Shown here one piece after another: positions 1 through 14,200 of a stretch of DNA of 64,000 bases. Both the position numbers and the translations under genes were made by a program. The stretch lies in the NCBI RefSeq assembly GCF_009914755.1, contig NC_060931.1, one strand, 5' to 3'. Position 1 is the first letter of the stretch; every line of letters begins with the position of its first letter. The stretch comes from the human T2T-CHM13v2.0 reference genome, Homo sapiens. The notes beneath the pieces are model-generated. The model did no database searches. It saw only the letters and a list, made by a program, of their open reading frames with translations, and was not told the origin of the DNA.

Positions 1-214
1 TGGGCAAGGTCCTTCATGAAATAAACAAATGTTGAAATCAATTCTTTCAGTTCTCTAGGTGTAGTACAAGCTGTTTTTTGATGGTTAAGATTTATTTGTT
101 CAGTAAGTATTTATTGAACATAGATTTCTAAAGAGTCATGAAAGGGAAGACAATAGCTAATAAATGTAATGCTAAAAAATGTCTGTAGAATCCATTATGC
201 TCTGTGTCAAGCTT

Positions 215-585
215 AGTTTAGGATGTGTAACATTAAAAAGATAGAAGTATATTTGACTCTTACATAAAGGGAAGTAGACAGCTGATGTGATGACTCCATA
301 AAATCTTCAGGGCCCCAGGCTCTTTCCATGTCATTACTCTCCTACCCTCAGGGTGTGGCACTGGTACTCGTGGGTGAAGTAGGATGCGGGAGTTCCAGCT
401 TTTACATTTGTGTTCAAAGTAGCAGATGATAGAAAGGGGAAAAATAAAGAAGTTCCCTGTCCCTTTTAAGGGAAGTTCACAAAAGTTCTTTTCAACATTT
501 CTGCATATATTTCACTGGCCAGAGCTTAGACCCATGGTCATAGCTAGCTGGACTAATAACCTAGTTGAATGGCTGTAATGCCTAG

Positions 586-625
<40 letters not shown>

Positions 626-650
626 AGAATTCTAGTTCTGTTACTAAGGA
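215..650. mobile_element. Old MaLR (MLT1J/K-like) LTR fragment containing an A36 tract
   Basis: tatatttcactggccagagcttagacccatggtcatagctagctg resembles MLT1 core; boundaries approximate. Confidence 0.55.
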
Positions 651-845
651 AAATAGGTGTTAGTTTTATTAGGAGGTAAATAGCAATTTCCACCATATTT
701 AAAGTCTTCAAAGCTCTTCCTGCCTGATAGGGAGACTGGAACAAGAAGCAAAGTAGGCGCTAGGTGAATTTAGAATGGAAATTAGGATAGCCAAGTGCTC
801 ATATTCAAAAGGAGGCTCATCTTTTCTAAATCAGTTGCCTGGGAA

Positions 846-2291
846 ATCCTAAGCAAAAATAACAAAGCTGGAGGCATCACGCTACCCAAATTCAAACTGT
901 ACTACAAGGCTACAGTAACCAAAACAGCTTGGTACTGGTATAAAAACAGACACACAGACCAATGAAACAGAATGGAGAGCCCAGAAATAAAGCCACACAC
1001 CTACAACCATCTGATCTTCGACAAAGCTGACAAAACAAGCAGGAGGAAAGGACTCCTTATTTAATAAATGGTGTTGGGAAAAGTGGCTGGCCATGTGCAG
1101 AAGATTGAAACTGGGGGGTGGGACCCCTCCTTACACCATATATAAAAATTAACTCAAGAAAGATTAAAGACTTAAATGTAAAACTCAAAACTCTCAAAAC
1201 CCTGGAAGACAACGTAGGCAATGCCATTCTGGACATAGAAAAAAGCAGTGATTTCATGATGAAGATGCCGAAAGCAATTGCAACAAAAGCAAAAATTGAC
1301 AAATAAGATTTAATTGAACTAATCTTCTGTACAGCAAGAGAAACATCAACAGAGTAAACAAACACTCCACAGAATGAAAGAACATTTTCAAAAACTATGT
1401 ACCTGACAAATGTCTAATATCCAGCATCTGAGAGGAACTTAAACAAATTTACAAGAAAAAAAAACATTAAAAAGTGGGCAAAGGACATGAACACTTTAAA
1501 AGAAGACATACATGTGACCAACAAGCATATAAGAAAAACTCAACATCAGTGATCATTGGAGAAATGCAAATCAAAACCACAGTTAGATACCATCCCACAC
1601 CATTCCGTATGGCTATTACTAAAAAGTCAAAAACATAGCAGATGTTTGTGAGGTTGCAGAAAAAAGGAATGCTTATATGCAGTTGATAGGAGTGTAAATT
1701 CGTTCAACCATTGTGGAATGCAGTGTGGTGATTTCTCAAAGAGCTAAAAACGGAACTACCAGTCAACCCAGCAATCTCATTACTGGGTATATTCCCAAAG
1801 CAATATAAATCATTCTCTCATAAAGACACATGCACGTGAATGTTTATTGCAGCACTATTCACAATAGCAAAGACATAGAATCAACCTAAATGTCCATCAA
1901 TAGTAGACTGGATAAAGAATATGTGGTACATATACACCATGGAATACTATGCAGCCATAAAAAAGAATGAGATCATGTTCTTTGCAGGAACATGGATGGA
2001 GCTGGAGGTCATTATCCTTAGCAAACTAAGGAATTCCAAATACCACATGTTCTCACTTATAAGCAGGAGCTAAATGATAAGAACACATGGACACATAGAG
2101 GGGAACAACACATACAGGGGACCACTGAAAGGTGGAGGGTGGGAGGAGGGAGAAGATCAGAAAAAGTAACTAATAGGTACTAGGCATAATACCTGAGTGA
2201 CAAAATAATCTGTACAATAACCCCCCCGTCACAGGTTTACCTATATAACAAACCTGCACATGTACCCCTGAATTTAAAATAAAAGTTAAAA
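846..2291 (+). mobile_element. 5'-truncated L1 (older L1PA, about L1PA13-16): 3' ORF2 + 3'UTR
   Basis: Degenerate ORF2 ([28 protein letters not shown]), L1 3'UTR, AATAAA + short A tail; exact 18-bp TSD AAATCAGTTGCCTGGGAA at 828-845 and 2292-2309. Confidence 0.95.
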
Positions 2292-4064
2292 AAATCAGTT
2301 GCCTGGGAAGTAGTAGTAATTAATCATTGTGATTATTTATCATCTTTGCTCTGTTTACAGAATTTCAATATGTTACTGGAAGCAATAGAAAATAGCCTTA
2401 AATGTGGAAGGTGTAATCTTGATGTCCTCAGTGGTCCCGTGCTTGAAGGGTTAAATAGCAATGTTTAGAAACTCCTGAATGGCGGCTGTCAAAGAGAGAA
2501 AGTATCTGAACAGGAGTCAAATTTTCACACACGCCAATTTTCACTGGCACATCAGCTGGATACCCTGCAACCAATTCCCTGTTAAATTAACAACAAAATC
2601 ATAGCTGCACCTACCCTTCATCAGCAATTTCCTTTGGGAATTATCCAAGGTCAGTGCTCTTCCATCTTGCTACTTCATGACAGGAGTCAGCATTTTGCCA
2701 TCAACCTCCAGATGGTGATTTTCAGGACCTTGGCAAACTGCCTTTCAAAGGTTGTGAACCCTATTGAGAATAATTATCTAGATATTGAACGGTATTTTTC
2801 ACTCTTTATGGTTAAAGTAATTGGGAGCGATGTGGCTATGTTGGCAGAGCATTTGGCTTGCCAGTTTCCCTTTTTTGAAAACTACAAGTGGAAAAATGAT
2901 ATAAGCCCACTCATCTGCTGTAACATTCAGAAGAACAGTTATTACACAGCACTAGAACCTGAATTGGGGCCCTAAGTTCAAGAAGAGGAGAAACCAAAAT
3001 GCATCCCCAGAGTGAGAAAGTAGCTATTTATTAGAGGTATGTGGCACCTGCAGGAGGAGAAATGCTGATACATTGCAGGTGACACTGGCCACACTGTGGT
3101 GTCAGCGATGTCACATCAGTAGGTCAGACAGGACTTCCACAGTAACCAACAAGGGCTGTGACATGGCTGGCACAAAGCCAGATGAAAACCAAATCCCATC
3201 TTGTAGCAACATAAAACCACTTTATTTCACTATGAACCTCACTCACTTGGACATCTCATGACACATTTGACAAAATGCTCTGTTCATTTTAGGAAGTCAT
3301 CCACATTTCTGATGGTTTCCCTGGCATCTTTCTATGGCCAATAATAAAAATAGCAATGGCTAACTCGTAGTGAGCTTTTACTATGTGCCAAGCACTATGC
3401 TAAATTTATATTCATTTTATCTCACATAATAATGACTATTGGCCAAACACTATCCAGTCCTGTCTACTCTCCTTCTAATAGAATCTTGAGTGCAAAAGTC
3501 CAGATAAAGACTATTACCTTTATAACCTCTATCTGTTTATTTAAGAGGAACAAAAATCAATATCAATGTAATCAACCATAACGTAGCCAAGGAGCAATTT
3601 TAGAAAGAGACATTTCTAAAATATCAGAATTTCATAATATTCTGGTTTATTTTTGGATGATACATTATTCAGGATGGTAAAATTTTCAGGTTTTTTTTTC
3701 TTACAGACTTAAATAAATCTTCTACATCCCTGGACTTCAGCTTAAAATACAGAAATGATTCTTAAATCTTAAAGCTCTGGTCATCTGAGTTGTTTCTCTT
3801 TTAATAATCTTTTCTTCAAAGGCAATTCCTGCTCAGTGGGAAAATTCACAGCTCCTAAGTATTTATGTACCAAGGTTTCTGTTCAAAGAATATTTAAAAG
3901 CTATTGACCAGATCACTGATTTCAATGGCAAGCTATAATCATTTGCAGATAGTAAGAAAAGAAACACGTAATAACAAGGGAATAATATGAACTATGTCTA
4001 AATGACCACATTTTGTATCTTATACGTGTTAAGCTTCAACAAAATTGGTAAAATACTTGTTATT

Positions 4065-4250
4065 TGTAGTCAGCCTGACCTGGGTTAAAAATCCTGTTTT
4101 GCCTTTTATCATTGGAGCAACCCTGTGTAAATTACTCCATTTATCTAAGTTTTATTGTCCCTCTAAATATCATTACTACATTGTGGGTGGTTTAGAAATA
4201 ATGCATGTAGAGCATAGCAGGTATTTGATAAATGATAGCAAGTATTACTA
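4065..4250 (+). mobile_element. MIR
   Basis: cctgacctgggttaaaaatcctg...gtaaattactccatttatctaag..; MIR core pattern. Confidence 0.6.
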
Positions 4251-4729
4251 TCTTTCTAGTTTTAAAATGAATTAAATGATATAAAGAGTAAATCTTAAAT
4301 GAACGTGTAGAATAAAAAGTAAACCCTTTTTAAAAAGAATTCATATTTTAAGTCCTTTAATACTGCCTATTAATGTTCTCTTTTGGAATAAAAAATGAGT
4401 TATTAGATGTGAGTTTACCAGAAGCAAATAGTTTTTAATTCAAGCACAATAGTATTAGGCTATGTCTGATATTCTCTCAAGCTATCAGGAGAGGTAAAAT
4501 TGAATGAAAGGAAGCCAGGAGACCCAAGTGCTTAACTCTGCTGTGACACTTATTCTGAAATCTTGGGCTACATTTCCTAAGACCTTGATGATCTTAATGT
4601 AAACACGAGTGGTTGAATTAGATGATCTGGATGGCTTTTTCTTGTCCTTGCATTCAAAAATCATGTGCTCAATATGATGTATAAAATTCCACCAGCAGAA
4701 AGTAATTTATTTGGCTGTAGACATTGACA

Positions 4730-4960
4730 GGCAACATGGTAAAAGGAAAGAACACACACAGTTTGCAGTTAGACTTAGCTGAGTTCCAATCCAGCTTCAC
4801 TTTCCAGTTATGTGACCTTTAGCAAGTTACTCACCTTCTCCAAGGCTGTTTTCTCACTTGCAAAATGTCGATAATAATGGCTACCTGCTGAGAATGTTAT
4901 GAAGATTAGAGATGGTGTAAGTATTCAATAACTGAGCGGGCATTCAATCAATCATAGTTA
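4730..4960 (+). mobile_element. MIR
   Basis: gagttccaatccagcttcactttccagttatgtgacctttagcaagttactcaccttctc..ttttctcacttgcaaaatg: MIR core. Confidence 0.8.
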
Positions 4961-5548
4961 ATGTTTTCCAGAGTCCTCCAATAAAATGCAAATTTATCAA
5001 GAAGGATTATTTTGGGGGATTTTCCTGGTTGCCAGGAATGGAGAACCACTCAAAACTCAATTAAATAAATGAGAAATATAAAGCATTAGTGTTAATAAGG
5101 TTACACAGCATTTCATGAATCTCAAGACTGAGAGTCTATGGAACTGGAAATTGAAAAGGATGTAAAGTCTCTCCCTCTCACTATCTCTCTGCCCATAAGA
5201 TGTGTCCCTTTCTATCAGTGCCTTTGATTCCTTCTCTCTCTTTTCTTTTCTCATTTCACCCCTAATGTCCCCAGCTCCCTGAACTCCTTTCTGTCTCTCT
5301 TCTGCCCACAGAGGGTCCTTTATTGACTAACTTCTATTTCACTCCCAGTTGTGGGATACCAGTACATCCAGAGCGCAGGGCCATGCAGTTCACCATCTAT
5401 TTCATAGGGTTAGACTGTAGGAAGACCCTGGGATGAATACATAGGAGAGGATAGTACCCCGACATAAAACCAGTACAAAAGGTCACACAAAATGCTTGTT
5501 ACCCCCATAATACTAATTTTCTGACAATAAGGTATATAGACTTGGAGT

Positions 5549-7019
5549 CAGGGTTGGATACAGCTTTTGTGAGTACCGAAGATTATATAATTTTAAGAAC
5601 CCTCTTTTAGACCAAAAAATAAATAAATAAGGGGATTGTTTTAACCCATTTTGTGCTGCTACAACAGAATATCACAGACTGGGTAATGAGTAAAGAACAG
5701 AAATTTATTTCCCTCAGTTCTGGATGCTGGGAAGCCCAATATCAAGGTGCCTGCAGATTTATTTGTCTGGTGAAGGCTGCATCCTCTGAAGGGCAGCAAT
5801 TCTGTGTCTTCACATGGCAGAAGGCAGAAGGGCAAGCTAGCCAAATGCTGCATGCAGCCTCTTTTATAAGGATCTTAGTCCCATTCACAATGGAACAGGT
5901 CTCATGGCTTAATCACCTCTTAAAGGCCTCCTCTTTTAATGCTATCACATTGGCCTGAATGTTGAAGGTGACACATTCAAAAGATAGCAGGTATGAATAC
6001 AGAATTACATAGAAGAGTGAATATTTGCTTGAAATTAGAAAAGAAAGTACAACAAATTACACATTTTAAGAAGGTTGAATGTAGCACAAATGTCACAAAA
6101 GCCAGAAAATACTTTCTGTGAATTAATTAACACACATCTATAATACTTTTTTCCTACATTTTCAGGCTGTATACTTAGTGCTCACCACTTTGTGTAACAA
6201 TAATATTAATAATGTTTTCTATAGAGAGAATAGAAAAATAACTATCTTTAGCATAGTTGATCAAAATTTATTTTTGTCTAATTGTCAAAATGTATTTTGT
6301 CTAATTGATAGTTGAGGTACAAAACACAAGCATTTTCACCATGTGTAGTACTATTACAGGTTTATTTTCTAAAAAGATAGGAACTCTGATCAATTCTATT
6401 TTATGATTTCATAAAACTTGCATAATGCAGCAAACCCTGCTTTATCAATTCTATGACTATCAGGAGAGAACTTCTTTTTTGGTTTAACATCAATTAGAAC
6501 TGAACCTTTTGTTTACCAGTTTACAAATATGATGTTTGGAAGAATTTTCCACAAACCAGCTGTTGGCTAGTCTAAGAAATCTAGATACTTCCAATGCCAG
6601 GTGATTTATAATACACTTATATAACAATACAAATTTTAGCATTTGTACCTTTGTGTCAGGTGCAGGGAGGGTGGTAAGTGTCAGTCTGGAAAAATTCATA
6701 CACTAGGACAACTATAACAATAATAACTATTCATGGAAATGACTGCGAGTCACTTAAATGTCGCCCACAAAACTCAAGCTAAATGTATACCCAACTTTCC
6801 CCCTTAGTCAGATCCCAAAACACTCAAACACTCTCTGTCCATAGGGGAAATAAGGAGCAAAAGTTGAAGTGAAAAACAATAGCAATACTAACCTACAGTA
6901 GTTGTAATATCTTACTTTGGAGAATTAAACAAGTATGTATATGCACGGTGAGCACATTGCTAGACTCCTGGGGGCACTTAAGCTTACGATTTATCAACTT
7001 CATTGTACATCTGCCTCTG
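5549..7019. mobile_element. hAT-Tip100 DNA transposon fossil (Zaphod/MER115-like), interrupted by an MST LTR
   Basis: Termini CAGGGTTGGATACAG... and ...gtacatctgcctctg; degenerate 8-bp TSD CTTGGAGT (5541-5548) / GTTGGGGT (7020-7027). Confidence 0.75.
5637..5989 (-). mobile_element. MaLR solo LTR (MSTC/MSTD/MLT1A-like)
   Basis: ccattttgtgctgctacaacagaatatcacagactgggtaat...acattcaaaagatagca; near-TSD GGGAT/GGTAT. Confidence 0.85.
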
Positions 7020-7308
7020 GTTGGGGTGCATGACAGATTATGATAGGTCAATCACTTAAGATGCTGTTGAGGGATGACAAGCAAGGCTGAAGTAGAGGGA
7101 CATTGTTTCTGAGAGTTCAGCTTGAGGGCTCTGGGTGGTCAAGGAATGAAGACTACAGGAGAACTACTGATAAGGTAGGCGAAGTGACAGCAATGACCAA
7201 CTTCACCTGTTAAGAGAGTTTGCCCACAGATAATTCTCCATTTGCTAGCCTTTCCTGGGTACCTCCTCTGCTTCAGCAAGAAACTAGCTAGCCTGCAGTC
7301 AGAACTGG

Positions 7309-7399
7309 AGCTTCATTAAGCAAGATGATACAAGAGGTTTTTTCAGGTAAAAAAGGTAAAAAAGCTTCATTAAGCAAGATGATACAAGAGGTTTTTTCA
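7309..7399 (+). repeat. Exact 37-bp direct repeat pair with 17-nt spacer
   Basis: AGCTTCATTAAGCAAGATGATACAAGAGGTTTTTTCA at 7309-7345 and 7363-7399. Confidence 0.97.
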
Positions 7400-8421
7400 A
7401 GTACAAGAGACACCAATAATATGATTGTCAGAAAGGGAAAAACAAAAGTGACAACTCAAAGAGCAGAAAGACACTTTTTGAATTTTCATAATAGTTGTTA
7501 AAATCAGTGACAAGTAAAAGAAAATGGAAGACAAAAAGGAAATACCTTCAATAGCTTTCTTTGAAATGCTGTTGTATACAATGCAATGAAACATAACTCA
7601 ATCAGGTGACAAGTATACTCAGACCATAAATTACAAACCTTCTAGGTAAGCTCATTAGAAACTGATAGGTGTGCATGAGAAGAGCTGAACGAGTAGAAAA
7701 TTAACAGAATGTAATTGTATTATGTACAAATAGGTCAGCTAAATACCATTAAATGAGTGATTTTGTCAATAATGAACTTTCTAGAAAAATATTTACACAC
7801 ATGTCTAATATGGATGGATGGTGAAGGTAAAACTAAATATCATCTTACAAACTAACTAAAAATGTTATTACATAAGCCTTTGAGTAATTATAAAATGTAT
7901 TATGTATTCACTTTTTACTATTTCCAGGACCACATTAATGTTTCTTGTACACATCATATAATCATATAATTTTCATAGATGTCTTGTGAGACAGGCATTT
8001 GTATTTCTTCCCCTTCCCAACCCTTTTCCCAATTATCTTTCCTACTAATGTTTTATAGCTGAATTAAAATATTTCACCACCCCAAATAAATAAATTTAAT
8101 ACCCTCCCAACCTGCTTAAGACATGCTGGTCTTTTTTCATAGCACATATCATAATGTGCAACTATGCACTAATTTTTTTGTTTATAGGTTTAATTTCTGT
8201 CTTCCTCTCTACCATGTAAACTCCATAAGGGTAGAGAGTCCTGTTTTGTTTACCCAGTAGGCTCTATATACACAGATTGGTTAAATAAATAAATAATGAG
8301 AAAACTGAATCTTAGAAAAGTTAATTAAGGCCATAAGTAAGTGGCAAAACATCATCAAATCAAATTCTCTGTGTATTCAAAGCCCTTGAAATTAACCACC
8401 ATGTTACCCTGTCCGTGCTAC

Positions 8422-9409
8422 CAAGGCTGCATAATTTCCAGGGCCCACCACACAATAAAACCGTGAGCTCCTGTTCAAAAAGCAAGGAAAATGTGCCATT
8501 AAAGTTATTAAAATATAAATCTTTTTTCCTTTCTTCCACAGTTTTCTCTTGACTTGTGATATTTTTATTTGCTATTTACTGTGGTTCTAAGTAAAGAAAA
8601 CAAAACTTCAAATTATTACCATGAATTTTACCACTTATCTTTATGTTGTGTAATACCAGCTTTAAATGCAAATATGAGTATTTAATTTGTATGCAGAATC
8701 ACCAAAATTGCACAATTCTTATTTCATAACTTGGATATGCATATGTATTTTGTTCTTACCAGAACAGTAGAAACACTGCATAGAACTAACTCAATTGTTT
8801 TTATGTCACTTCTTAATTATGCACACATTAGATGAACATTTTCTACCTTCAGCTTGCTGGTGAACAAGGAAGGATTGAAAGAAAAAGAGGCTGAGGGTTG
8901 TTTTATCTTTCTCCTCTCCTCTATGTCGTCATTTCAGCTAAGTATTTGGTTAAGAAAGGAAAGTAACAGGAGTAAGAAAACATGTGTTAAGGGTACCTTG
9001 GTTGTTCATGTTTCTTTGAATGCCAGACCTTCTTTATATGTTTGAAGCTAATTCTAGTTCAAGAAGAAAGTGTGGCTTTTCAGGGCTGTCAGCTCCCCCA
9101 CTTACTCCAGGCAGATGTGACACTCTTACCTAGCACTGGCTTGGAATCTTACTGAACTCTTACATACCATGGGTTCTCCAGAATTCTGTGCTCATTTGAC
9201 ATTGTAATTGCAAATGGGGCACCAAGGAATGGTTTCCATGCATGGTGTGCATTATTCCTGAGTTTGTGCCCATACTCCATTGTCCCATTGCATTTCACTT
9301 GCAAAACACAAGCTCAAAGATAAAATTAAGAATTTCCAGACAGCAACAGCAGACCATTAAACCAAGCATGAGGCCTTTATGAGCTTACACACCCAGGAAG
9401 CTGGCCCTG
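8422..9409. mobile_element. MER45B-like hAT-Tip100 fossil
   Basis: cataatttccagggccca...tgttcaaaaagcaaggaaaatgtgccattaaag start; ...ttaaaccaagca...gaagctggccctg end. Confidence 0.75.
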
Positions 9410-11586
9410 TATACATTCACAGTCTAATGCATCTTACTGCTTTGTGTCTAGTGACACTATATCCAAACTCCCACAGTAATGAGTCATATTTTACCAAGAT
9501 AAAGATACTTGATTTCAGTACACTATGAGGACAATGAAGGATGACAAGTAGTTCCCAAGACGCTTTTCAAACTTTTATTGTAACTGGCAAAGGAGGCACA
9601 TACATATGTTTGCACACCAGGAACAAGGAATTATTTTTATTTGCAGACATTTATAATTGCTTTGCCATTGATTGAGGTATTAAATATTCAAATCTGTGCA
9701 GGGAGCAGGTAATTTAGTGCAGCTATATTTTCTCCCCCACTTCATTATTGAAATTGAACAAAAGTTGAATTATACAATCATATAGCTGCAAATATTTTAT
9801 CCAGGAGAAGAACCTTGTACTCTTCAGCCTGTTTTGAAGAATGAGACAATCAAACAAGGTCAATATCTTCACTGTCCTTTGAGTCTGGGTTCATTTTCCA
9901 TTTTTTCCCCAGTTTCTCCTGACATAATCCCAGTTCAGAAAGCATATGTTCTAGCAATTATACTAAAGTTTATCTTATTTACCATCACAGTTTGGAATTG
10001 TCCTGGCCTAAGGAGCCAATCTAAGGTTGGTACTTAGATTGTATAAAAAAAAATTAAACAAGTTTTTAGGTCTGTTTGACAGATGAGAAAACCTAGTCTT
10101 ATAAACGTTGAGGAACTCACATAGCTAATCAATGGCAGCATTATAATTTGCACCCAGGGCTGGCAAAGCATGCATTCATACCCAATTCATTCTCGATAAG
10201 CTCACTAAAGCCAAAGATAATGTCTGTATGCTTTGACCAAACTAGAACTATTATATCTTTTTTATAATTTTCATTAGTCATTTAGCTCCAGTATATTCGT
10301 ATGCCCTTGATTATACATTTTTATTCTGTATACATTGTTTCTTATATATTTTCTACTTTTCTTCCACAATTTATTTGGTGATATAAAATATACAAGTGTA
10401 TTTTCTTAAATTACATTACAATTAGAACTATGCATATGACACAAAAATACGAAATGTAGATGATATATATTTTATATACATTTGTTACATAATATAAACA
10501 TGATTAAATAAAAGATGACAAATTAGATTTATGAATTGTGTGAGAGATGTCATATCTCACATAAAGACACTGAATTTAGCATTTGATCAAAAATTCAAAG
10601 ATACAGATTTCATCAGTACAGTCCTTATACACATTTAAATTTCTGAGTGTATATTTTGCATTCTATGTAATATTTATTATTTATTCAGTAAAACCAAAGA
10701 TTAGTATATGCAAAGCAATGAATTCAACATTGTATTTGCAATGACTTGCATTCCCTTTACAAAGATGCTTAAAGCAGTTTAACATCTGATAGCTATGAAG
10801 ATGAACTTTTTCAAACTTAAGAAATTCTAGAGGCCCACGTTGAAAGATAATATATTCCCTTATGAAAACAAGTAGAACTAAATAGGCGATGGAGAATGTT
10901 AAGCTAGAAAGGGGACCCAGAGGGCTCCCTACATTGAATCACATGAGGATATACCCGTTCTTGTAATTGAAGACTTGACATTAATTATTTGTATTTCTTT
11001 ATGAACAAGTAAAAGGCTTTAAATAGTTTTTGTAATTTATAGAAGTTCTGTTCAGGTTTAGTTGATAAAATATTCTGGTTCTATTCCTTGAGATTTCAGT
11101 TTCTGAGCAACAGCAGTTCAAAAATGATTTGTAAGATTGAGTTTATTTTTTATTTTAATGTAAGGGTTCACCAAAGTCCATATTTATAGTTAGAATCATA
11201 ATTTATTTAAATACTGGGTGATAATCAGGCAAGTCAATAAATGAACAAATCAAAATACACAGGCTAAAGTGAGTAGTAAAAGAGCTTATTGTGTAACAAA
11301 GACTAAATAATTTAAAGCAAAATTAAGGTGAGTACTATGCTTCATTCAATAGTTGATGTCTCAGGTGCTTCCTTCCAATTTAAAAGATGAAGAGGAGCTG
11401 ACTTGATCGGTCCTAGCTGATGTTCCTTGTCCTACCTTCTGTCAATATGAACCACAAAAGCACTGAAATAAGAAAGCTTTTTTTTTTTTTTTGTCGTGGT
11501 ACGTCTAATTCTTACATGTATCTGAAGAGTCTATTTAATTCATAAAACTTCTATTTTGTGGGTTTTCTTTGAATTTTGGATATCTG

Positions 11587-11926
<340 letters not shown>

Positions 11927-12986
11927 TAGTTTTGTAGTGTAAGAGGAATACAAATGAATAAAAGACTAATAGATAAGGAGAACAGACAAATGTCCATAAT
12001 GAAAAGTGCAAAACATGTCCATCTAAGAGAATAAATTTTATTTGGTTTTAAAATAGAAGGAAACGAAAAGAAATAGTAATCTTAAATTAGAAGTTCAAAA
12101 ATCAGCTACAGGTTTCTGAAGTGATGGCTCAGCCTAAATTTTCTGAACAAATGTGTAACCTATCCCGATTTCCTTCTTGAAAGACTTATTTTCATCTGCA
12201 AGGTCCAGAATGCCTGGGTACGATTTAAGCTCTGCCATTAATAAGCATGCACAACACCTGTAGATGTAGTCTTATTTATAAATAGGATCATAAGACTGCA
12301 TATCAGCTCTTTTAAAAATGTGAGGTCATGCCCACGTAGCCCTTGTCACCTCTCCTGTGATTATCCCTGCAAGAATTTAGCCTTGCTAAGCCTCCTTTCC
12401 CTTACCTGTAATAAAGGTGTAATATTAATAGCCACCTCATTGTGAGGTTACGAACTTATTATAAATGTATTTTTCCATATAAGGTTCTTAGCATAGTGTC
12501 CAATAAATGTTATTTATTGTTTAGCCAAGGAGGACTAAAGCTCAGCCCTTTATAAGAGAAGCTCCTAGGAAGTCCATGAACCTTCATGCACCAACTCAGC
12601 CTCCAAGAGCAGAGTCTGCCTGGATCTGAATAGGACACTTTGGTGTAATAATCTCCATCACGAACTGGGAAGTAGGAAGTGAATATTCGTATCTCCACAT
12701 TCCACACATAGGAAACCATCTTAAATAAGCTAGATTATTGAGTACAATGTCACATGGCTAGCAGGAGACAGAGCTGAACTTGACCACAGGTCTTCTGATT
12801 TCATGTCTTGCCAAATGAGAAAAACTCACAGTCATGTTCCTTCAAATAAAATGTCATCAACTGTGAAACAGTAGGAAAGAGCTACTCTAGTGTTCAGCAA
12901 TCAGTAGCAGTAGGCTACTTTTCTTAGCAAAATTCAAGCAGGGCATAAATCTGGGCAAATATGACATCAGAGGTGGACATGAATAG

Positions 12987-13061
12987 TGACAAGTGCCTCC
13001 ACGTAAAACCGCCACTCAAATGATCCTGTTATCTTTTGCTAATCTGCAATTTAGTTGTATC
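12987..13061 (+). repeat. 75-bp unit, copy 1
   Basis: 70/75 identical to 14126-14200. Confidence 0.95.
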
Positions 13062-14125
13062 AGATTTTTCCTGAAACAAACTAAAGTAACAACTGGGACT
13101 TGTAGATCTCACTGTCATTGAGAGGATTTGCTGTCATATTAGTTATGTGAGTTAGTCTTAAATGTGAGGGTATGGATTTTGGAAATTCTGGATTGTTTTG
13201 ACATACTAGTCTTGTTTTGGTTTGGCTTAATTTTTCTGGAATATCAGAAGCAAATTCAGATATAGCAGATACAAACAAGCTCAGTAATAATATTGGCTTT
13301 GTGATAAACATTTTTCTCTTTGCAATAATTTATTCAAGAAGGGCTAATGAGTAAAGAAATATTTTGCTCACTGGAGGATACCATATCTTTTACAGTGCCC
13401 AGTTGAGCACATCAATTATTATTTAATCTCTAATGATAATCGATATACAATTAATATAAGAAAATCAAACATTTGCTATATAATTCAGTTCTACAGTGCC
13501 TCAGTCTCCCTTAAGAAGCTCGCTTATTTTCTTCCTAAAGTAAACATCTTTTTATGTGCTTCCATTGAGAATGCTACTAAGATGTTCAATCATTGGAAAT
13601 TTTAATTTCCCAGCTAAAGTTGGTGAGATAAACCTTTCTTTAGATAAGTAAGTTTTGACAAAAAAAAATAAATTACTGCTTCTATCTGATTGTGCAAGTA
13701 AAAAATAAGTTGGTTGTATAGAACACAATGAAACTAACATATAAAAAGCATTCAACTATAATTTGTAGATTACTTTGTATGAATGAGCATTGCAGAATGA
13801 GCCAATATTGTGTTTGCAAATATCTCTCCACAGAAACAACAAATCTTTGCACTTTTTTCAGCAGTGTATATTAATTTAGAATAATAAAACATCAGCACTA
13901 TTCAGATATCTGCTCTTTCTATGTCATATTCTTTGCTCACATTTAATATTTATGTCATTTACCTTCCCCTGGGGTGACAATGGCATAATGAAATAGAACA
14001 TAAAATTAGAAAATCTCTTTACGGTAGCATTCCTATCCTTTGGGAGTCAAGACATCCTTCTTTTCTTGTTTTCATTTTATAACATGCAGCCATTCCTAAT
14101 TAGAGAACAGAACACCATATATATA

Positions 14126-14200
14126 TGACAAGTGCCTCCACATAAACCCTCCATTCAAATGATCCTGTTATCTTTTGCTAATCTGAAATTTAGTTGTATC
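14126..14200 (+). repeat. 75-bp unit, copy 2, embedded in (TA)n
   Basis: 70/75 identical to 12987-13061; flanked by catatatatata and gggtatatatatatatataataccc. Confidence 0.95.

Noticed and set aside
882-1365. L1 ORF2 peptide fragments
   Set aside because: 5'-truncated, frameshifted and stop-interrupted; not an active element.
7309-7399. CRISPR-like repeat-spacer-repeat (37-bp repeats)
   Set aside because: Only two copies, 17-nt low-complexity spacer, no cas genes, mammalian intron; better explained as a local duplication.
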